DNA of 32,000 nucleotides from Nitrosomonas europaea. Its GTDB lineage: Bacteria; Pseudomonadota; Gammaproteobacteria; Burkholderiales; Nitrosomonadaceae. Under the pieces are notes generated by a model. The model did not search any database. It worked only from the letters and a program-made list of their open reading frames with translations, and had not been told where the DNA came from. This document shows positions 10,463 to 19,687 of this stretch, in pieces. Every line of letters starts with the position of its first letter. The stretch's first letter is position 1. Position numbers and translations under genes: made by a program. Location: NCBI RefSeq assembly GCF_900167395.1, contig NZ_FUWK01000009.1:39666-71665 (forward strand), read 5' to 3'.

Positions 10463-10798
10463 GAGCGTTATTTCCTGAAATTCTCGTTGTGAGGGGGCGA
10501 TAGCCCGGAGAGTCGCATTATTCAAAGTAAGCCTTCTGCTGCATGGCTGCACGACAGAAAATGCGTGCCTGATCGTCATAGGCGATACGCCCGCATCGCA
10601 TACAGTACAAATATGAACATCTCCAGAGTAATACTGATTCCACGACTGTGGCGGTTTCCTGCCATTGTCCCGTGCGCCTGATCATTACATTGAGTTGCTG
10701 ATTATCAGATAGTGATACGGGTCTTCTCCCGCTGATCGCTGTCTTACGTGAAAAGACCTGTGTTTTTAATGATCGAATACAGGATTTTCAGATTCCCC

Positions 10799-11713
10799 AT
10801 GTACCCCTTACTTGCAAGATTCTTCTCATCGCACCAGCAGGCGCTGGGTGTTCTGTTTGCCTTGCTGTCGGCGATTGGTTTTTCCGCCAAGGCGATTTTC
10901 ATCAAACTGGCCTATGTCGAGCCTGTGGATGCCGTAACTTTGCTGGCCTTGCGCATGGTGTTTTCCGTGCCATTTTTCGTATTTGCCATGCTGCACGGAC
11001 GGGCGCAGGCCACACCCATGGCCCGGCACGACTGGCTCGCTGTCCTGCTGCTGGGGCTGGTGGGTTACTATCTGGCAAGTTTTCTTGATTTTCTCGGTCT
11101 GCAATACATCAGCGCGGGGCTGGAGCGCATGATTCTGTTTCTGTATCCCACCATGGTGGTGCTTATCAGTGCGCTGGTATTTCGCGCGGCTATCGGGCGC
11201 AGGGTCTGGTTCGCCTTGCTGCTCAGTTATGTTGGTATCGGGCTGGTGTTCGTGCATGATTTCCACATCACATCGGATGGTCTGTTCATGGGGAGTAGCC
11301 TCGTTTTTGCCAGCGCACTGGCTTATGCCATCTACTTGATTGGTGCCGGACACACCATCGCCCGTATCGGCTCCATGCGCTTTACCGCTTATGCCATGAC
11401 CGTCGCCTGTCTGGCCTGCATCGCCCAATTCCTGCTCACTCATCCGCTGGATGACTTGCAGCAATCCACCCGTGTCTATGGCCTCAGCATTGGTATGGCG
11501 CTGTTCTCCACCGTGATGCCTGCCTTTGCCCTTGCCGCTGCTATGCGACGAATCGGCTCCATGCAAACCTCCATGATAGGTGCACTGGGGCCGGTGGCGA
11601 CCATTTACCTGGCTTACGTGTTTCTCGCGGAACAACTGTCGCTGACACAGCTGGCAGGCTCGGGGCTGGTGTTGATTGGTGTGATGATGATCAGTATGCG
11701 GAAGATGGAATAA
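10799..11713 (+). CDS. EamA/DMT-superfamily permease
   Basis: About 10 predicted TM helices arranged as two EamA-like halves. ATG at 10799 (MYPLLARFF) is preferred over the GTG at 10748 given by the ORF tool. Confidence 0.7.
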   Translation: MYPLLARFFSSHQQALGVLFALLSAIGFSAKAIFIKLAYVEPVDAVTLLALRMVFSVPFFVFAMLHGRAQATPMARHDWLAVLLLGLVGYYLASFLDFLGLQYISAGLERMILFLYPTMVVLISALVFRAAIGRRVWFALLLSYVGIGLVFVHDFHITSDGLFMGSSLVFASALAYAIYLIGAGHTIARIGSMRFTAYAMTVACLACIAQFLLTHPLDDLQQSTRVYGLSIGMALFSTVMPAFALAAAMRRIGSMQTSMIGALGPVATIYLAYVFLAEQLSLTQLAGSGLVLIGVMMISMRKME

Positions 11714-11844
11714 TGGAGTGGCTCTGGGAAACCTGAACTTGAGCAGAGTGTACACTTAGTAATGATGGCATCCAGGTTATAGAAGCCCATTGCCCGTAAA
11801 CCATTCACTGATGGTGTGCCTACCTACCTCGAACAACTTGGTCA

Positions 11845-14800
11845 TCACTTCGACCATGAATTCGACAACACTTCCGCTTGCTGTAGCACCAATTCCACTG
11901 CCTCCAGCTGCTTGTCGGGCGGGTACTTCCATTTCTGCAAGGTGCGCCGCACCAGAATCCGCAGCTTGGCGCGAACACTCTCACGCACCTGCCAATCCAC
12001 CGTGGTGCTGTTGCGCAGTTTTTCGGTAATCTCGACGGCGATTTTCTTGAGGGTGTCGTCTCCCAGCTCCCGCACGGCGCTTTCGTTGTTGGCCAGTGCA
12101 TCATAGAAAGCAATTTCATCGGGATTCAGCCCCAGCGCGGCTTCGCGTTCAAGCGCCGCCTGGAAGTCCTTCGCCATCTGGATCAGTTCCTCGATGATCT
12201 GCGCCGTCTCCACCGCCCGGTTGTGGTATTTGCGCAGGGTTTCCAGCAGGCGGTCGCCGTACTTCTTCTCCTGCACCACGTTGTTGCGTGCGCGCGCCTT
12301 GATTTCGTCGCTCAGCAGTTTTTCCAGAAGCTCTACCGCCAGGTTGCGGTTCTTCATCTGTCGCACATCTTCCAGGAATTCTTCCGACAACAGCCCGATG
12401 TTGGGCTTGTCCAGACCCGCCAGCGCGAAGATATCCGCCACCCCGTCAGCGACGATGGCGTTGTCCAGAATCTGCTTGAGCGCGCTGTTCTTATCTGCGT
12501 CGGAACGCTTGCGGTCCACCGTGGTGAACTTGACGATGGCGGCCTTGACGGCGGCGAAGAAGGCAATCTCCGTACGCAAGGCAGCAGTTTCATCCAACGT
12601 GCTGCACAGGGAAAATGCCTTGCTCACGGCCAGCATGGCATCGAGGAAGCGCTGCTTGCCGTCCTTCAGCCCCAGGATATGGTTGGCTACCGGCACCAGC
12701 AGCTTCATTGCATCGGTCTCGAACCCGCGGTAGTCGAAGCCGTGCATCAGCCCACGCACGATGTCCAGCTTCTCCAGCAGGACTGCCAGAGCTTCGGCCG
12801 CGTTGTGCGTCGGGTCGCCCTTGCCCTTGGATTCGGTGTAGGTCTTGAGCGCCGCCTTCAGCTCGTTGGCGATGCCGATGTAATCCACCACCAGCCCGCC
12901 GGGCTTGTTGCGGAATACCCGGTTGACGCGGGCAATAGCTTGCATCAGGTTGTGGCCCTTCATGGGCTTGTCCACATACATCGTGTGGCAGCAGGGCGCG
13001 TCGAAGCCGGTCAGCCACATATCGCGCACGATCACCAGCTTCAACGGGTCCGCCGGGTCCTTGAAGCGCTTTTCCAGGAGTTTTTTGACCTGCTGGCTGT
13101 ACAGGTGAGGCTGCAGCAAGGGCTTGTCCGCTGCCGAGCCGGTCATCACTACCTTGATTGCGCCCTTCTCCGGGTCGGCATCGTGCCAGTCCGGGCGCAG
13201 GGCGACGGTGGCGTTGTACAGCTCGGCGCAAATGTCCCGGCTCATGCACACGATCATCACCTTGCCTTCCAGAGTGGCTGTGCGCGTCTCGAAGTGCTGC
13301 ACCAGGTCGGCAGCCACCTGTTCCAGACGCGGCTGCGCGCCGACTAGCTTGGTCAGCGCAGCCCAATCGCTCTTGGTCTTCTCGCGGGCGGTGATGTCTT
13401 CCTCGTCCTCGATGACCTCATCTACCTGGGCATTGAGTGCGTCGATCTCGGCCTGGTTCACGTCCAGCTTGGCTAGGCGGCTTTCGTAGAAGATCGGTAC
13501 CGTGGCGCCATCGTCCACCGCGTCCTGAATGTCGTAGATGCTGACGTAATCGCCGAACACCGCCCGCGTGTCTTTGTCTTCCAGGGCGATGGGGGTGCCG
13601 GTGAAGCCGATGAAGGTGGCGTTGGCCAGCGCGTCGCGCATGTGCTTGGCGTAGCCAAATACGTACTTGCCGGTCTTGGTATCCAGTCGCCCTTTCATGC
13701 CGTACTGGCTGCGGTGCGCCTCGTCGGAAATCACCACGATATTGCTGCGATCCGACAGCAGCGGGTGCTGTTCTTCGTCGTCCAGCAAGGCGAACTTCTG
13801 CACCGTGGTGAAGATGATGCCGCCCGCCTCACGCGAAGCCAGTATTTCGCGCAGCTCCTCGCGGCTGCCGGCCTGCACTGGCGTTTGACGGAGCAAGTCT
13901 TCGGCGGCGCAAAAGGTGGCGAACAACTGCCCGTCCAGATCGTTGCGATCGGTCACCACCACCAGGGTGGGGTTCTTCATCTCCGGCTGCTGCAACAGCT
14001 TGCCCGCGTAGCAGGCCATAGTGATGCTCTTGCCCGAGCCTTGCGTATGCCACACCACGCCAGCCTTGCGGCTGCCGGGCTGCACTTCCTTACCATAGGT
14101 GGCGCGCGGCTCCTGCACTTCCAACAAACCTTTGTTCGGGTTGCTGGCGGCGATCACCGTGGCTTTCACCGCCTCGCGCACCGCATGGAACTGGTGATAG
14201 CCCGCGATCTTCTTGATGATCTGATCGGCATCCTGCTCGAACAGAACGAAGTGGCGCACATAGTCGAGAAACAGCGCCGGCTCGAAGAAGCCACGCACCA
14301 GCGTTTCCAGCTCGAATTCCAGCAGCGGCCGGTCGTCCTCGTTGGCAATCGCCCGCCAGGGCTGCATGCGCTCCTGATTGGCCGTGAGCGAACCCAACCG
14401 CGCCGTGAAGCCATCGCTGACCACCACCGCCACGTTGGTGTTGAACAGGTCGCCAATCTCTTCCTTGTAGGTCTGTATCTGGTTCAAGGCATCCCAGATG
14501 TCGGTCTGCTCGTTGGCCGGGTTCTTCAGCTCGATCACCACCAGCGGCAGGCCGTTGACGAAGGCCACCAGATCGGGGCGGCGCGGCTGGCGGGTAGCCC
14601 GGACGGTGAACTGGCTGACCAGCAGGAAGTCGTTGTTGCGCGGGTTGGCAAAGTCGATCAGGTTGACCAGATCGCTGCGCTTTTCATCACCCACGGAAAA
14701 CTCTACGGGGATACCGGACAGCAGCAGCCGATGCACACGGCGATTGCGGGCAATCAACAACGGCTCGCCCACCGTCAACAACTCGTGCGCGGCCTGCTCC

Positions 14801-14994
14801 AGCGCGGCGGCGGGGATGTGCGGGTTGATGCGTGCCAGTGCGGCCAGCAGGTGTTCTCGCAGCACCACTTGGCGGTAGTCGGTGCGGGCGGGCTGGTCGC
14901 CATCGGGGGCGATCTCCGGGCCGTTGGCATGCGGCCAGCCCAGCTCGGCAAACCAGCCAACGGCTGTATCTTCCAGTTTTTGTTCGGTGATCAT
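11845..14994 (-). CDS. hsdR: Type I restriction enzyme, R (endonuclease/translocase) subunit
   Basis: 1049 aa. HSDR_N-like N-terminus. SF2 helicase motifs GSGKS (Walker A), VISDEAHRSQYG (DEAH) and FTGTPI. C-terminal helical domain typical of HsdR. The start overlaps the upstream stop as ATGA (14991-14994). Confidence 0.92.
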   Translation of the reverse strand: MITEQKLEDTAVGWFAELGWPHANGPEIAPDGDQPARTDYRQVVLREHLLAALARINPHIPAAALEQAAHELLTVGEPLLIARNRRVHRLLLSGIPVEFSVGDEKRSDLVNLIDFANPRNNDFLLVSQFTVRATRQPRRPDLVAFVNGLPLVVIELKNPANEQTDIWDALNQIQTYKEEIGDLFNTNVAVVVSDGFTARLGSLTANQERMQPWRAIANEDDRPLLEFELETLVRGFFEPALFLDYVRHFVLFEQDADQIIKKIAGYHQFHAVREAVKATVIAASNPNKGLLEVQEPRATYGKEVQPGSRKAGVVWHTQGSGKSITMACYAGKLLQQPEMKNPTLVVVTDRNDLDGQLFATFCAAEDLLRQTPVQAGSREELREILASREAGGIIFTTVQKFALLDDEEQHPLLSDRSNIVVISDEAHRSQYGMKGRLDTKTGKYVFGYAKHMRDALANATFIGFTGTPIALEDKDTRAVFGDYVSIYDIQDAVDDGATVPIFYESRLAKLDVNQAEIDALNAQVDEVIEDEEDITAREKTKSDWAALTKLVGAQPRLEQVAADLVQHFETRTATLEGKVMIVCMSRDICAELYNATVALRPDWHDADPEKGAIKVVMTGSAADKPLLQPHLYSQQVKKLLEKRFKDPADPLKLVIVRDMWLTGFDAPCCHTMYVDKPMKGHNLMQAIARVNRVFRNKPGGLVVDYIGIANELKAALKTYTESKGKGDPTHNAAEALAVLLEKLDIVRGLMHGFDYRGFETDAMKLLVPVANHILGLKDGKQRFLDAMLAVSKAFSLCSTLDETAALRTEIAFFAAVKAAIVKFTTVDRKRSDADKNSALKQILDNAIVADGVADIFALAGLDKPNIGLLSEEFLEDVRQMKNRNLAVELLEKLLSDEIKARARNNVVQEKKYGDRLLETLRKYHNRAVETAQIIEELIQMAKDFQAALEREAALGLNPDEIAFYDALANNESAVRELGDDTLKKIAVEITEKLRNSTTVDWQVRESVRAKLRILVRRTLQKWKYPPDKQLEAVELVLQQAEVLSNSWSK

Positions 14995-16484
14995 TCCCCC
15001 ACCTCCCAGTGACCGCCCTTGTTGGGGCCGATGCGGCGCAAGCGTTTTTGCGCCTTGAGTTTGGCCAGCTGCTTTTCAATCGCTCGGGGCGTGAGTTGCA
15101 GACGCCGGGCCAGTGCCGAGGCGGTCAGCGAAGGCTCTTCGCGCAGCAGATGAAGGATCTTTTTGCCCGTTTCTTCCGAACTTTCTTCCGAACTTTCTTC
15201 CGAACTTTCGGAAGCCAAAGTCGCCCCCCGCCCCTTCGCCCAGAACATCTCCAGCACCGAATGCTCGTGCGGCTCATAGGATTCGCGCAGATGCAATTCG
15301 TGGCCCAGGTCACGCCAGCCATGCACGATGCGGGACATGCCCGAACCCGCACGCTCGCCCAGGCCAATCATCAGGAACATTTGCTGCATGGTGCGGTTGC
15401 GGCAGTCGCTCATGCCGCCTTGCAACGCCTGCTGCGCAGGCACCCGCAAGCCGCCGGGGTTGCGCAGCACAAAGCCCGCGGGCTCCTTGACCACCAGCAC
15501 GGAGATGCGGCCCGTGTAGTCCGCATGCACCAGCGTGTTCACCAACGCCTCGCGCAGCGCCTTGTGCGTGGGCGTATCGTCCTGGCGAATATCGCCCTTG
15601 AGCACGAACGGCACCTTGATGTCGGCCGTCAGCTTGCCCACGACGCGGCGGTAGAAGTCGAACACATTGCCTGACCACGTGCCGTCGGGCACGATGCGAT
15701 CCAGCCATTGCACCGTCGTGGCATAGTCTGCCGGGCGCTCCTGATAGTCCAGAAAGCACAGCGGCACGGCCTCGGTGATCGACGACCACTGCCCGAACAT
15801 CAGCAGGCCCGCCAGCGTCAGCCCGGCTTCGCCTGTCTCGCGGTGTTGCCGCCAGCCACCGATCTGCCGCAAGAACGCCTGATCTGCCAGCGCATTCCAC
15901 GGGTGGGAGGGGTCGCGATTGGCAAACAGTTGACGGTACGCGCGCAGGCTTTCCAGGTGCAGGTCATCCAGGCCGTAGCCGGGCAGGATGCGCTCATCCC
16001 GGCTGTCTTCCACCTGCTCGGCCAGCATGCGTTTGACGTCTTCGTCCGGCAAGGGCCGGTCACCCTCATGCAGACGGCGGTAGGTATGGCCGCCCAACGG
16101 ATTGCCCCTCAGGTACACGGGCCGCTGCTGACGCCGCGCTCGCGGAATCTCCACCACCAGCAGCGTCTTGCCCTCTACCGGCCAGGCCCGCACATCCTCA
16201 TCCCGCAGCAGATTGACGCTGACCTTCTGGCGGTTGTTCAGGTGGTTGAACAACTCGGTGCGCAGCTTGTCCGGGTTTTCAATGCCCGCCACTTCGAACT
16301 GCCCCTTGCGCTCACGCACGCCCAGAATCACGATGCCGCCATCGGTATTGGCCATCGCGCTGTAGGTGGGCCAGAAATCATCCGGCAACGCACCCTTGCC
16401 ATCCCGGCCCTGGGCGAGCTTGCACTCCAGCGAGACGGATTCACGCAGCAGGGAAAGATCGTCCAGCGCGGTAAATTCGATCAT
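14991..16484 (-). CDS. AlbA_2 (Schlafen-like 'divergent AAA') + HATPase_c_4 (RecG-C-like GHKL) + C-terminal winged-HTH protein, embedded in the RM operon. Function unknown.
   Basis: 497 aa. N-terminal LRESVSLECK motif (the E..E.K pattern of AlbA_2). Central ALREALVNTLVHADY ... NPGGL ... RNRTM ... GLGERAGSG block, typical of HATPase_c_4 proteins. The C-terminal segment ILHLLREEPSLTASALARRLQLTPRAIEKQLAKLK is HTH-like. ATGA overlaps link it to both hsdS (16481-16484) and hsdR (14991-14994). Confidence 0.7.
   Translation of the reverse strand: MIEFTALDDLSLLRESVSLECKLAQGRDGKGALPDDFWPTYSAMANTDGGIVILGVRERKGQFEVAGIENPDKLRTELFNHLNNRQKVSVNLLRDEDVRAWPVEGKTLLVVEIPRARRQQRPVYLRGNPLGGHTYRRLHEGDRPLPDEDVKRMLAEQVEDSRDERILPGYGLDDLHLESLRAYRQLFANRDPSHPWNALADQAFLRQIGGWRQHRETGEAGLTLAGLLMFGQWSSITEAVPLCFLDYQERPADYATTVQWLDRIVPDGTWSGNVFDFYRRVVGKLTADIKVPFVLKGDIRQDDTPTHKALREALVNTLVHADYTGRISVLVVKEPAGFVLRNPGGLRVPAQQALQGGMSDCRNRTMQQMFLMIGLGERAGSGMSRIVHGWRDLGHELHLRESYEPHEHSVLEMFWAKGRGATLASESSEESSEESSEETGKKILHLLREEPSLTASALARRLQLTPRAIEKQLAKLKAQKRLRRIGPNKGGHWEVGE
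15171..15214. repeat. 12-bp perfect tandem repeat x3 (ttcttccgaact), ending in an 8-bp inverted repeat (cttccgaa-ct-ttcggaag)
   Basis: Read directly. Units lie at 15171-15182, 15183-15194 and 15195-15206. They encode the (SSEE)n linker SESSEESSEESSEE between the GHKL-like domain and the HTH of the AlbA_2 protein. Confidence 0.9.
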
Positions 16485-17821
16485 GCGGTCGCCGCCTCGG
16501 CAGAGGTGTTGTCGACGGACAGCTCGCCGGAGAGGAGTTTTGGGAGGAGGGTGTCGCGGAGTTCGGCCAGCGATTGCCCTGTCGTTTCGTTTGCTTGCAT
16601 TGTCTTCCTAATCTGCGCAACCAGCCCATCGAAAGCATTCAAAACCGGCGTGGATGGTTTAACCAACTCCAGTCGGTACACGTTCTCCCGATTCAAGCCG
16701 GGAACGGCAGCATCGGTATTCATTTTGTTCAACCCAAGTGTTTGCATGGCATAGAAGCAGTACGTCATCGGCACAGCTTTTGGTTTGACGTAAAAGGTTG
16801 TGTCGATCGGGTAAAACGGATCGTCTTCCCAGTACAAACTGCCAACTGTTCCTTTGCGGCCAACAATGATCGCTCCATGCGGTACCAATGCTTCATTGTG
16901 GCAGCCGGTGATGCCGCCAGAACCGTAAACAGGAACAGCGCCTTCTTGGCGGTCGGTTGATTTGAGAGCTTTGCCGTATGCCAATTCAATCAAATCACCG
17001 ACGCGCTTTACTTGCCACCCCTTCGGAATCGCCCCCAACTCCGACTCTTGCATGGTATCGGGGAACAGGGCGGCGGTGGCGGCGAGTTGGTCGTGGTGCT
17101 CGCGGGGCATCTGGTCGAGCTCAAGGTCGGTCTTGCCGCTGATGGCGCGCATGGCGGCGCGCAGCGGGTCTTGGCCTTGTTCGATGGCGGCGATCCTGGC
17201 CTTGACCGGGTCGAAATCGACAAACCAGGATTTGAAGACGGCTTGCGCCATGGCTTCGAGGGTTTGGTTGATGCGGCGATTCGCGCGAATCTTGACATCA
17301 AGTGCCTTGATGTTTCGCACGACAACTTGCTGCTCTTCGATTGAGGGAACGGGAACTTCGATTGTTTTCAGGTATGACGAGGGACGTGCGATTGATGGCA
17401 CACCAACCTGGTTAGCGTTGGCAAGAAGTTTGTGCTGCCCTTCAGGACTTTTGAAATAATAGACAACAAACTCCGGAAGAATAATGCTGGTATCACAGCG
17501 TAAATAGAACTGCCGCTGCGAGATAACATATCTCTGATATTTTGAATGATTCGGAATAAACGCCACCTGCCCAATATTTCCAGCATGGGTAAAAATCACA
17601 TCCCCCCTTTGAACATTGGCATTTTTAAGAGAGTCAGCGTGTTCTTCCGTAATGAAATTGAACTCACTATCTGTTAGTTCTGCATCACGCAGGTGCTGCC
17701 CACTTATTATGGGAATACCCGTATCTGTGAATGTTTCAACTTTAATTGATGAGCCAAACGGCCCCATTGCAACCTTCAGGGCAATTTCTTCAACTCGTTT
17801 GTAGGGCCACTTACCAGCCAT
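16481..17821 (-). CDS. hsdS: Type I restriction-modification system, S (specificity) subunit
   Basis: Two target-recognition domains are separated by a conserved central helix ([23 protein letters not shown]) and followed by a C-terminal conserved helix ([17 protein letters not shown]). ATG at 17821 ([10 protein letters not shown]) is preferred. It overlaps the hsdM stop by 11 nt. Confidence 0.9.
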   Translation of the reverse strand: MAGKWPYKRVEEIALKVAMGPFGSSIKVETFTDTGIPIISGQHLRDAELTDSEFNFITEEHADSLKNANVQRGDVIFTHAGNIGQVAFIPNHSKYQRYVISQRQFYLRCDTSIILPEFVVYYFKSPEGQHKLLANANQVGVPSIARPSSYLKTIEVPVPSIEEQQVVVRNIKALDVKIRANRRINQTLEAMAQAVFKSWFVDFDPVKARIAAIEQGQDPLRAAMRAISGKTDLELDQMPREHHDQLAATAALFPDTMQESELGAIPKGWQVKRVGDLIELAYGKALKSTDRQEGAVPVYGSGGITGCHNEALVPHGAIIVGRKGTVGSLYWEDDPFYPIDTTFYVKPKAVPMTYCFYAMQTLGLNKMNTDAAVPGLNRENVYRLELVKPSTPVLNAFDGLVAQIRKTMQANETTGQSLAELRDTLLPKLLSGELSVDNTSAEAATA

Positions 17822-19526
17822 AGCCCAACCCCGCCAAATTCTTCCTGATCTCCGTCTCCAGCCTCGCACTCTCCGCGAACTGTTCCGCCAGTTGCGCGGT
17901 CAGGCGCTGCATCTTGTCGGCAAAAGGTTCTCCGTCTTCTTCCTGCTCAGCCGTGCCCACATAGCGCCCCGGTGTTAGCACATGCTCATGCTTGCGCACT
18001 TCCTCCAGTGAGGCGGATTTGCAGAAGCCGGGGACATCCTCGTACCCATCGCCCTGCTGCCAGGCATGGAAGGTGTCGGCGATTTTCTGGATGTCGTCCA
18101 CTGTGAAATCGCGCAGCACGCGATCCTTCATATAGCCCATCTGACGGGCGTCGATGAACAGAAATTCGCCGCGCCGGTCGCGCTTCTTCTTGTCCAGCGC
18201 AAAGCCGTTCTGCTTGTCGCGGGTCAGGAACCAGATGCAGGCCGGAATCTGGGTGTTGGTGAACAACTGGCCGGGCAGCGCGACCATGCACTCCACGTAG
18301 TCGTCCTCGGTCAGCCGCTTGCGGATTTCACCTTCGCTGTTGGTGTTGCTGCTCATGGAGCCGTTGGCCAGCAGCAGTGCCATGCTGCCGGTGGGCGCCA
18401 GGTGCCAGAGCATGTGCTGCAACCAGGCGAAGTTGGCGTTGCCTTGCGGTGGTGTACCGGCGATCCAGCGCGGGTCGTTGGCCAGCTTTTCGTTCCACCA
18501 TTCCTTCATGTTGAAGGGCGGGTTGGCCATCACGAAGTCGGCGCGCAGGTCCGGGTGCAGGTCGTTGAGCAGGGTGTCGGCCGGGCCGCTGCCGAAGTTG
18601 AAGTCGATTCCACGGATAGCCATGTTCATCGCAGCCAGCCGCCAGGTGGTGGGGTTGCTTTCCTGCCCGTAAACGCTGATCTGCCCACTCTTGCCGTTGG
18701 CCGCTTTGCCGCCGTGCTGTCCGATGAACTCCTCGCTCTGCACGAAGAAACCGCCGGAGCCCATGGCCGGGTCATACACGCGGCCCTTGAAGGGCTGGAG
18801 CATTTCAACGATCAGGGTGACGATGCTCTTGGGCGTGTAGTACTGCCCGCCCTTCTTGCCTTCGGCCAGGGCGAACTGGCCGAGGAAGTATTCGTAGACG
18901 TGGCCGAGGATGTCCCTGGATTGCAGGCTGAGCGGCTGGCCCTTGTAGGTCTTGGCCGCGAAGTCGGTATCAGAGAACAGGGCGATGAGTTCGCCCAGCT
19001 TGCTGGAGTCGAGCTGCACGCGGGCGAAGTCCTTGTTTAGCACGTTCTTCAGCCGGATATTCTCCCGTTCGATAGCTTCCATGGCGTTGTCGATCAGCCA
19101 GCCGACCGAACGCATTTCCTCGGGTTCGTCCTTGCCGGGTTTGTTCCAGGGCAGCGCCGCCTTGGGTGGCAGTTGCGCGCAATCGCGCAGGGTTTGCCAG
19201 CGGGCTTCCACAGGGACCCAGAACACGTTCTTCTCAGTGTAGTAGTCGCGGACTTCGAGCTCGGCGGCGATGTTGTCCTCATACTCCGGCGTGCCCGCGC
19301 CGCCGTATTCTTCCGGATCCATGTAGTAGTCGTGCTGAGGGTTGGTGAACTGTTCGCGCAGTTCCCGCTGCCGCTCCTCGAAGGCATCGGATACATACTT
19401 GAGGAAGATCAGCCCGAGCACGACATGCTTGTACACGGCGGCGTCGAGGTTGGAGCGCAGCTTGTCGGCGGCGGTCCAGAGCTTCTTTTCCAGATCGTTG
19501 AAGAACTGTTGTTCTATGGGTTTCAT
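17811..19526 (-). CDS. hsdM: Type I restriction-modification system, M (N6-adenine DNA methyltransferase) subunit
   Basis: 571 aa. HsdM_N-type N-terminus ([38 protein letters not shown]). SAM motif DPAMGSGGF and catalytic motif NPPF (VMANPPFN). Confidence 0.93.
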   Translation of the reverse strand: MKPIEQQFFNDLEKKLWTAADKLRSNLDAAVYKHVVLGLIFLKYVSDAFEERQRELREQFTNPQHDYYMDPEEYGGAGTPEYEDNIAAELEVRDYYTEKNVFWVPVEARWQTLRDCAQLPPKAALPWNKPGKDEPEEMRSVGWLIDNAMEAIERENIRLKNVLNKDFARVQLDSSKLGELIALFSDTDFAAKTYKGQPLSLQSRDILGHVYEYFLGQFALAEGKKGGQYYTPKSIVTLIVEMLQPFKGRVYDPAMGSGGFFVQSEEFIGQHGGKAANGKSGQISVYGQESNPTTWRLAAMNMAIRGIDFNFGSGPADTLLNDLHPDLRADFVMANPPFNMKEWWNEKLANDPRWIAGTPPQGNANFAWLQHMLWHLAPTGSMALLLANGSMSSNTNSEGEIRKRLTEDDYVECMVALPGQLFTNTQIPACIWFLTRDKQNGFALDKKKRDRRGEFLFIDARQMGYMKDRVLRDFTVDDIQKIADTFHAWQQGDGYEDVPGFCKSASLEEVRKHEHVLTPGRYVGTAEQEEDGEPFADKMQRLTAQLAEQFAESARLETEIRKNLAGLGYGW

Positions 19527-19687
19527 ATCAGGAGAATGATGAATTTATGCAGTTTGAATGAGGCGGTGGCTATCATTAACCTTATCACATGAGCCTGATT
19601 TCATATTTTTCTTTATGCCAGTAATTTTCCTGCTTCTTATCCGATTGATCCGGATTCGAGGCACTTCGATACCGCCAGGAAGGCTTG

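Larger units (their letters stand above)
11714..19687. other. Compositionally distinct (G+C-rich) Type I RM block between eamA and the 3-prime end of mnmE; probable horizontally acquired defence islet
   Basis: Hand-sampled 60-nt lines inside hsdR, the AlbA_2 gene and hsdM gave about 62-73% G+C. Lines in yidC, proC and sdaA gave about 45-50%. Four long antisense shadow ORFs (324-456 aa) lie within this block. No integrase or flanking repeats were found. Confidence 0.55.

Noticed and set aside
11804-11818. Possible degenerate direct repeat of the mnmE 3-prime terminus (19691-19705) at the far end of the RM block.
   Set aside because: Only 8 of 15 positions match by hand alignment, which is not distinguishable from chance.
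12223-19040. Long + strand ORFs inside the RM block: 12223-13347 (374 aa), 13642-15012 (456 aa), 15708-16754 (348 aa) and 18066-19040 (324 aa).
   Set aside because: They are antisense to well-supported hsdR, AlbA_2, hsdS and hsdM genes. Their translations are low-complexity and rich in R/A/G/H/Q/L with no recognisable motifs. These are typical shadow ORFs of G+C-rich coding DNA.
19533-19592. Strong SD (AGGAGA) followed by an ATG on the + strand opposite the hsdM start, giving an 18-codon peptide ([18 protein letters not shown]).
   Set aside because: It is very short and is the tail of an antisense shadow ORF, with no recognisable features.
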